Source: Calothrix sp. NIES-2098
Lineage (GTDB): Bacteria > Cyanobacteriota > Cyanobacteriia > Cyanobacteriales > Nostocaceae
Assembly: GCA_002368175.1 (NCBI GenBank)
Contig: AP018172.1
Span: 1 to 29,598 of the forward strand
Direction: 5' to 3'
Length of the DNA: 29,598 nucleotides
Shown: positions 25,602 to 29,598 of the stretch, piece after piece
Position numbering within the stretch: position 1 is the stretch's first letter
Layout of the letters: each line of letters opens with the position of its first letter
Made by a program: the position numbers and the translations under genes
The notes under the pieces: generated by a model
Told to the model about the DNA's origin: nothing
Databases searched by the model: none
The model's input: only the letters and a program-made list of their open reading frames with translations

Positions 25602-27463
25602 AATCCTCCAGAAAGGGTGGCAGCGCGTATCGTCTCCAGTGGAATTTTCGGTGTGCGATCGCCGTACAATAACCCGTTAGCTTCTTGGAAGGTATCGGTC
25701 AATTGTGTGTAACAAAAACCGCTGAACATATCGATGTTATTCACACTTTCCAGCAAAGCAGTGTATTTAATTTCTAATTCCGAGAGATTCCAGCAACGCT
25801 CGTATCCCCAGGCTTTGTTAGCATCAGGCTGTTCTTCTGGCGCATAGGCAATTCCACCAAACTCGGTCAGCATTACTGGTTGTCCCTGATGAGGAAAGTT
25901 GTCCAAAGTGAGGATTCGCCCTCCGGGACGCTGACGATTAAATAAATCTGATAGCTGTACTTCTGGCCCATAGCGATGAGCTAAATGCAGGGGATTGGTG
26001 TCATAGTCATGGATGGCAAGAATATCAGTATCCGTACTTTCCCAGCCATCGTTACCAATCACTGGGCGAGTTGGGTCAAGGGTCTTGGTTAAGTGATACA
26101 TAGCCAAAACATAGTTCCGGTGAGCCTGTGTCTCAACTAGATTTGGCACTCCCCAAGACTCATTAAATGGCACCCAAGCTACAATACACGGGTGATTGGC
26201 ATCACGCTTGATAACTTCCGTCCACTCATGGGTCATGCGTTCCACTGCTTTCGGGGAGAAGCGATAAGCGCTTGGCATCTCCTCCCATACTAACAATCCC
26301 AGCACGTCTGCCCAATATAAAAAGCGCGGGTCTTCAATTTTTTGGTGCTTGCGGACTCCGTTGAAACCCATTGCTTTTGTCAGTTCTACATCTCGCCGCA
26401 ACGCCAAATCGTCGGGTGCAGTCATCAGGCTATCAGGCCAGTAGCCTTGGTCGAGAACTAGGCGCAAATAGTAGGGGCGACCGTTGAGCATAAAGCGATC
26501 GCGCTGAATACTCACTGTGCGTAATGCAGTATAAGATATTACTTCATCTAATATTTGCCCGTTATACGACAACTGAATATAAGCATTAATTAACGTCGGT
26601 CTCTCCGGACTCCATAACAATTCATTACGGTAGTCATCGATACCTGGGTCTGAAAGCGAAATCCGGCGGTTAATCTCGCCGTTGAATACTTCATAGGTAT
26701 CATTAGCCAACACGCGATCGCCCACAGTCAATTTCATCTTCATTTGGATACCCTCAGTCGGAGTATCACCAGCGAGCGCTGCATAACAACCAATTTCCCA
26801 GCGTTCAAAGTCGGGAGTCCAGCGGATATGATCTATATAAGTCGTCCCTACACGTTCCACCCAGACTGTCTGCCAAATTCCACTGGTGCGAGGATACCAA
26901 ATACTATGGGGTTCTAACTGCCAATCCTGCTTACCGCGAGGCTTGGCGAGGTCGTGCGGATCGTCCTGCGCCCAGACTGTGACTTTTGTCATCCCGCTGT
27001 CATTTAAGACAGCAGTAATATCCATAGTGAAATTGGTGTGTCCGCCTTCATGCTCGCCAACATATAGATCGTTCACCCACACACGAGCGCGATAATCTAC
27101 AGCGCCAAAGTGCAGTAATAATCTACCCTCACCTGGAGGCGTGGCAAATTCTCGCTCATACCAGCAATTGGTGTGAAAGCCAGTGTCACCAATCCCACTT
27201 TTGATAGATTCGGGGGCATAGGGAACTTCTATATCATGAGTCCATTGCTTCAGGTTGCTGGGTTGAGTGCATTTGCCTTCGTCATCAAATGCGAACTTCC
27301 ACAGACCGTTGAGACTTTGCCACTGGGAGCGAGTAGCATCTCTCGTAGAAATCCGTCGCAACTGCGGACGCGGATAAGCCACGTCAATTAACTCTAGACT
27401 TGGCTTATTATCGACATGAGGTTTTAAATCAACTGCGTTATTCGTTAGCTCCAACAAATTCAT
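25580..27463 (-). CDS. Glycoside hydrolase family 2 protein (beta-glucuronidase/beta-galactosidase-like, short form)
   Basis: GH2 sugar-binding N-domain, then a TIM barrel with an acid/base-type motif WVPFNESWG (LacZ has WSLGNESG) and nucleophile-region conservation. At 627 aa it lacks the C-terminal LacZ domains. Confidence 0.8.
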   Translation of the reverse strand: MNLLELTNNAVDLKPHVDNKPSLELIDVAYPRPQLRRISTRDATRSQWQSLNGLWKFAFDDEGKCTQPSNLKQWTHDIEVPYAPESIKSGIGDTGFHTNCWYEREFATPPGEGRLLLHFGAVDYRARVWVNDLYVGEHEGGHTNFTMDITAVLNDSGMTKVTVWAQDDPHDLAKPRGKQDWQLEPHSIWYPRTSGIWQTVWVERVGTTYIDHIRWTPDFERWEIGCYAALAGDTPTEGIQMKMKLTVGDRVLANDTYEVFNGEINRRISLSDPGIDDYRNELLWSPERPTLINAYIQLSYNGQILDEVISYTALRTVSIQRDRFMLNGRPYYLRLVLDQGYWPDSLMTAPDDLALRRDVELTKAMGFNGVRKHQKIEDPRFLYWADVLGLLVWEEMPSAYRFSPKAVERMTHEWTEVIKRDANHPCIVAWVPFNESWGVPNLVETQAHRNYVLAMYHLTKTLDPTRPVIGNDGWESTDTDILAIHDYDTNPLHLAHRYGPEVQLSDLFNRQRPGGRILTLDNFPHQGQPVMLTEFGGIAYAPEEQPDANKAWGYERCWNLSELEIKYTALLESVNNIDMFSGFCYTQLTDTFQEANGLLYGDRTPKIPLETIRAATLSGGLCTPTSC

Positions 27464-28426
27464 CGCTATCTATTCCTAAATTAGCTATAGAACAAATATT
27501 GAAAAACTTGCCTCTTGCTCAATATTTCAAGAGTCGATATGTACAAATACTTAAGACTCTTTGCTAATTTCTAATCAAGCTCTACCCTAGTAATAAATAA
27601 CTAATTGCAGAGCTTGCTTATTAGCAAATGAGCAATTTACCCCTATGGTAGTTAGAGGCATCTAAATAGGTATTACCTTTCGGCTCGTGCCATTATGGCA
27701 TATTTGAGACAAAAGTTAATAATGAATTTTTACTAAAATCTAAAATACATTTTTTTACTGCTTAATATCAGAATCACAGCCTTATATTAATTATTTTAAT
27801 GTCAGATACCTGGAGATGATTTGGCGGGAATTTTCTATAAAATCATCTGGCATGGTTCTTAAAAGAGTAATTGCCTAACAATCTATTTTTAAGGGCTGAA
27901 AATGCCTAAAATTGCCAATTATTCCTGCAATCCCAAACTATTGGTCAAAACTCATAATTTTTCTGAAAATCTGCTCTCTTAGGTGGTGTGCGATAGGCTG
28001 TTTTATATCAGTAACTAGCCGATGGAAAAGCGATCGCCTAACGGGGAACGCCGCTACCTGAGTGGGATAATCCTAGCCAGAGTCTTTGTTATTACTTATA
28101 TCTTTTAAATCTCTCACTTCGTTTTTATCCCACTTTGGCATCAATTCCAAAGCTAAAGAAAGCGGGAGATTCAATTAAATCTGCGTACACATCTGTCTTT
28201 AGAGGCGAAGAAAACTAAGTTAAGTAGGCGCAATTCAAGCCAACTATGTAAAGTTTTTTAGGGTGAAAGCGAAAGGTTTTTTTCCTTTTCCCCTGCCGAA
28301 ACCCAGTAATTTGGCAGACTATTAGATGAGATATTTCCTCTGACGCTTTCAGACTCTCCAAAAGACAGAGAACTGCAACCGTAGGAGTTACTAACATTTG
28401 GGTGTAGTAAATTTATAGAGGAAAAT

Positions 28427-28987
28427 ATGATAACTAAAGACACGACACACGCCTTAGGAGTGTTTGCCAATTCTCAAAAAGTAGAGCAGGCAATTAATGA
28501 ATTGAAAGCTGCAAACTTTCCTATGGAAAAAGTCTCTATCATTGCTAAAGATGTAGAGAAGGGCGATCGCATAGGTGAAGCGCAGATGAGCGATCGCATC
28601 GGTACTCAAGATGTAAATGCAACAGGCGCGGTAGCAGATACACTGACAGCAACTACTTGGGGTAGCGTGTTAGTTGGTCTGAGCAGCCTGGCACTTCCTG
28701 GCTTAGGTGCGGTGCTGGCGGCTGGTTCTGTAGGTGTAGCATTAGTCAGCAGTGTAGCAGGCGTTGCTGTAGGAGCAGCAGCAAATCAGAATTTGGTGAA
28801 AGCACTAGGCGATCTAGGTATTCCCGAAGAACGCGCGCGAGTTTATAGCGATCGCCTTCAACAAAGTTATTATCTGCTCATACTTGATGGCACAGAAGCA
28901 GAAATTCACCGTGCTGAACCAATATTACGCGATAGAGGTATTGAATATTGGGGTATTTATCATAATTCTCAATCTCAAAATGTCTAG
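28427..28987 (+). CDS. General stress protein 17M-like (YflT domain) membrane-associated protein
   Basis: N-terminal ALGVFANSQKVEQAINELKAANFPMEKVSIIAKD matches the YflT/GSP17M-like domain pattern. The central part is a Gly/Ala/Val-rich hydrophobic segment. The C-terminus has a second related half (LGIPEERARVYSDRLQQSYYLLIL). Confidence 0.65.
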   Translation: MITKDTTHALGVFANSQKVEQAINELKAANFPMEKVSIIAKDVEKGDRIGEAQMSDRIGTQDVNATGAVADTLTATTWGSVLVGLSSLALPGLGAVLAAGSVGVALVSSVAGVAVGAAANQNLVKALGDLGIPEERARVYSDRLQQSYYLLILDGTEAEIHRAEPILRDRGIEYWGIYHNSQSQNV

Positions 28988-29379
28988 TTAGTAGACTGGC
29001 ATCACACTGAGTTTGGATGTTTACTCGATTGTGTATCCCCTGCTCCCTCTGCTGCCTATGTGTACAATATTAAAGTGAAACGGTATTAGTTGCTGCATCC
29101 GTGAAGGCAGGCGCACGTAGTAATTGATTAGAGCGATCGCCTGTATACGCCAACGGGATTCACCAGATCGTTTTTAGGAATCTAACCACATCAGTACAAT
29201 CACTGCCAATTGTTAGTTACAGTTACTAAAACTGTAACAGCGATAAAATCCCAGGTTACTCAAGATTATTCTAATTAATTAGAAACTTCAAATGTCAGCA
29301 ACCCCGTTTAACTACACAGGGCTTCCACACATCCCATGAGGTTTTGAGCCGATACACGAATTAGTGTGAGAATTGAGTC

Positions 29380-29598
29380 ATGTCTTACCCGATTCCATCC
29401 AAACTCTGGCAGCGAATCAGTATTGCAGCAATGTTGTTATTGATACCGTCAGTAGGAATTGCAATTTTACGTCAGTCTGCTACGGTTGCGATTCCAGCCA
29501 ATCAAACTCCTCAAAGTTCGACCCCAGCCAACCCCATTCCACCCAATCACCCTGACTACCAATCACTTCAGGCATTGGTACAAAAGTATAGTTGTGTC
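29380..29598 (+). CDS. 5' end of a putative secreted/membrane protein (open to window end)
   Basis: The ATG at 29380 opens a frame with no stop before the window end: MSYPIPSKLWQRISIAAMLLLIPSVGIAILRQSATVAIPANQTPQSS... This is a signal-peptide-like hydrophobic stretch followed by a Pro/Thr-rich segment. It is an alternative to the TTG-initiated 60-aa ORF at 29373 in the track. Confidence 0.35.
   Translation, partial: MSYPIPSKLWQRISIAAMLLLIPSVGIAILRQSATVAIPANQTPQSSTPANPIPPNHPDYQSLQALVQKYSCV

Noticed and set aside
26886-27391. Plus-strand ORFs 26886..27095 and 27173..27391 inside the GH2 gene
   Set aside because: Antisense to a supported CDS.
28215-28470. Minus-strand ORFs 28215..28397 and 28258..28470 in the spacer and across the YflT-like start
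   Set aside because: No SD or start context, no motif, and one overlaps the better-supported + strand start at 28427.
29214-29236. GTTACAGT…ACTGTAAC inverted repeat examined as a possible NtcA (GTA-N8-TAC) site
   Set aside because: The spacing and half-sites do not fit the NtcA consensus, so it is left as an unremarkable 8-bp inverted repeat.
1-29598. Search for tRNA/rRNA genes and CRISPR arrays
   Set aside because: No T-loop/acceptor-stem-like GGTTCGAATCC-type motifs, no rRNA-like conserved blocks and no regularly spaced direct repeats with unique spacers were seen.

Overview
This window looks like a chromosomal segment from a filamentous (Nostocales-like) cyanobacterium; this is an inference from the recurrence of the HIP1 octamer GCGATCGC (e.g. 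3158, 5227, 7551, 11084, 12310), AT-rich intergenic regions and gene content. The protein calls below are family assignments made by eye from conserved motifs, not database hits.

Main content, left to right:
1. A co-directional three-gene module (326..8538): a large filamentous-haemagglutinin-type exoprotein with a TPS secretion domain, a ShlB/FhaC-type outer-membrane transporter with a POTRA domain, and a signal-peptide-bearing TPR + CHAT (caspase-like) protein. The 3' end of a second, paralogous haemagglutinin-type gene precedes it at the window edge (3..164).
2. A Uma2-family PD-(D/E)XK nuclease gene.
3. An intact-looking ~1.25 kb IS with 21-bp terminal inverted repeats and an IS4/IS5/IS701-superfamily DDE transposase.
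4. A glycerophosphodiester phosphodiesterase gene.
5. A co-directional block 12236..22897: a glycosyltransferase–UDP-galactopyranose-mutase fusion; a clan-GH-A-like TIM barrel fused to an RmlD-like reductase; a GalE homologue with an in-frame internal deletion; the carotenoid ketolase CrtW; a CrtX-like carotenoid glycosyltransferase; HflX; and an isoaspartyl dipeptidase.
6. A frameshifted DUF72 gene.
7. A minus-strand GH2 glycosidase overlapping a GalT-type uridylyltransferase gene.
8. A YflT-like stress protein gene.

No tRNA, rRNA or CRISPR array was seen.

The best candidate for an uncharacterised system is the two-partner-secretion module with the secreted TPR-CHAT protease. Second is the crtW–crtX pair sitting in the same co-directional block as the unusual fused sugar-nucleotide enzymes.
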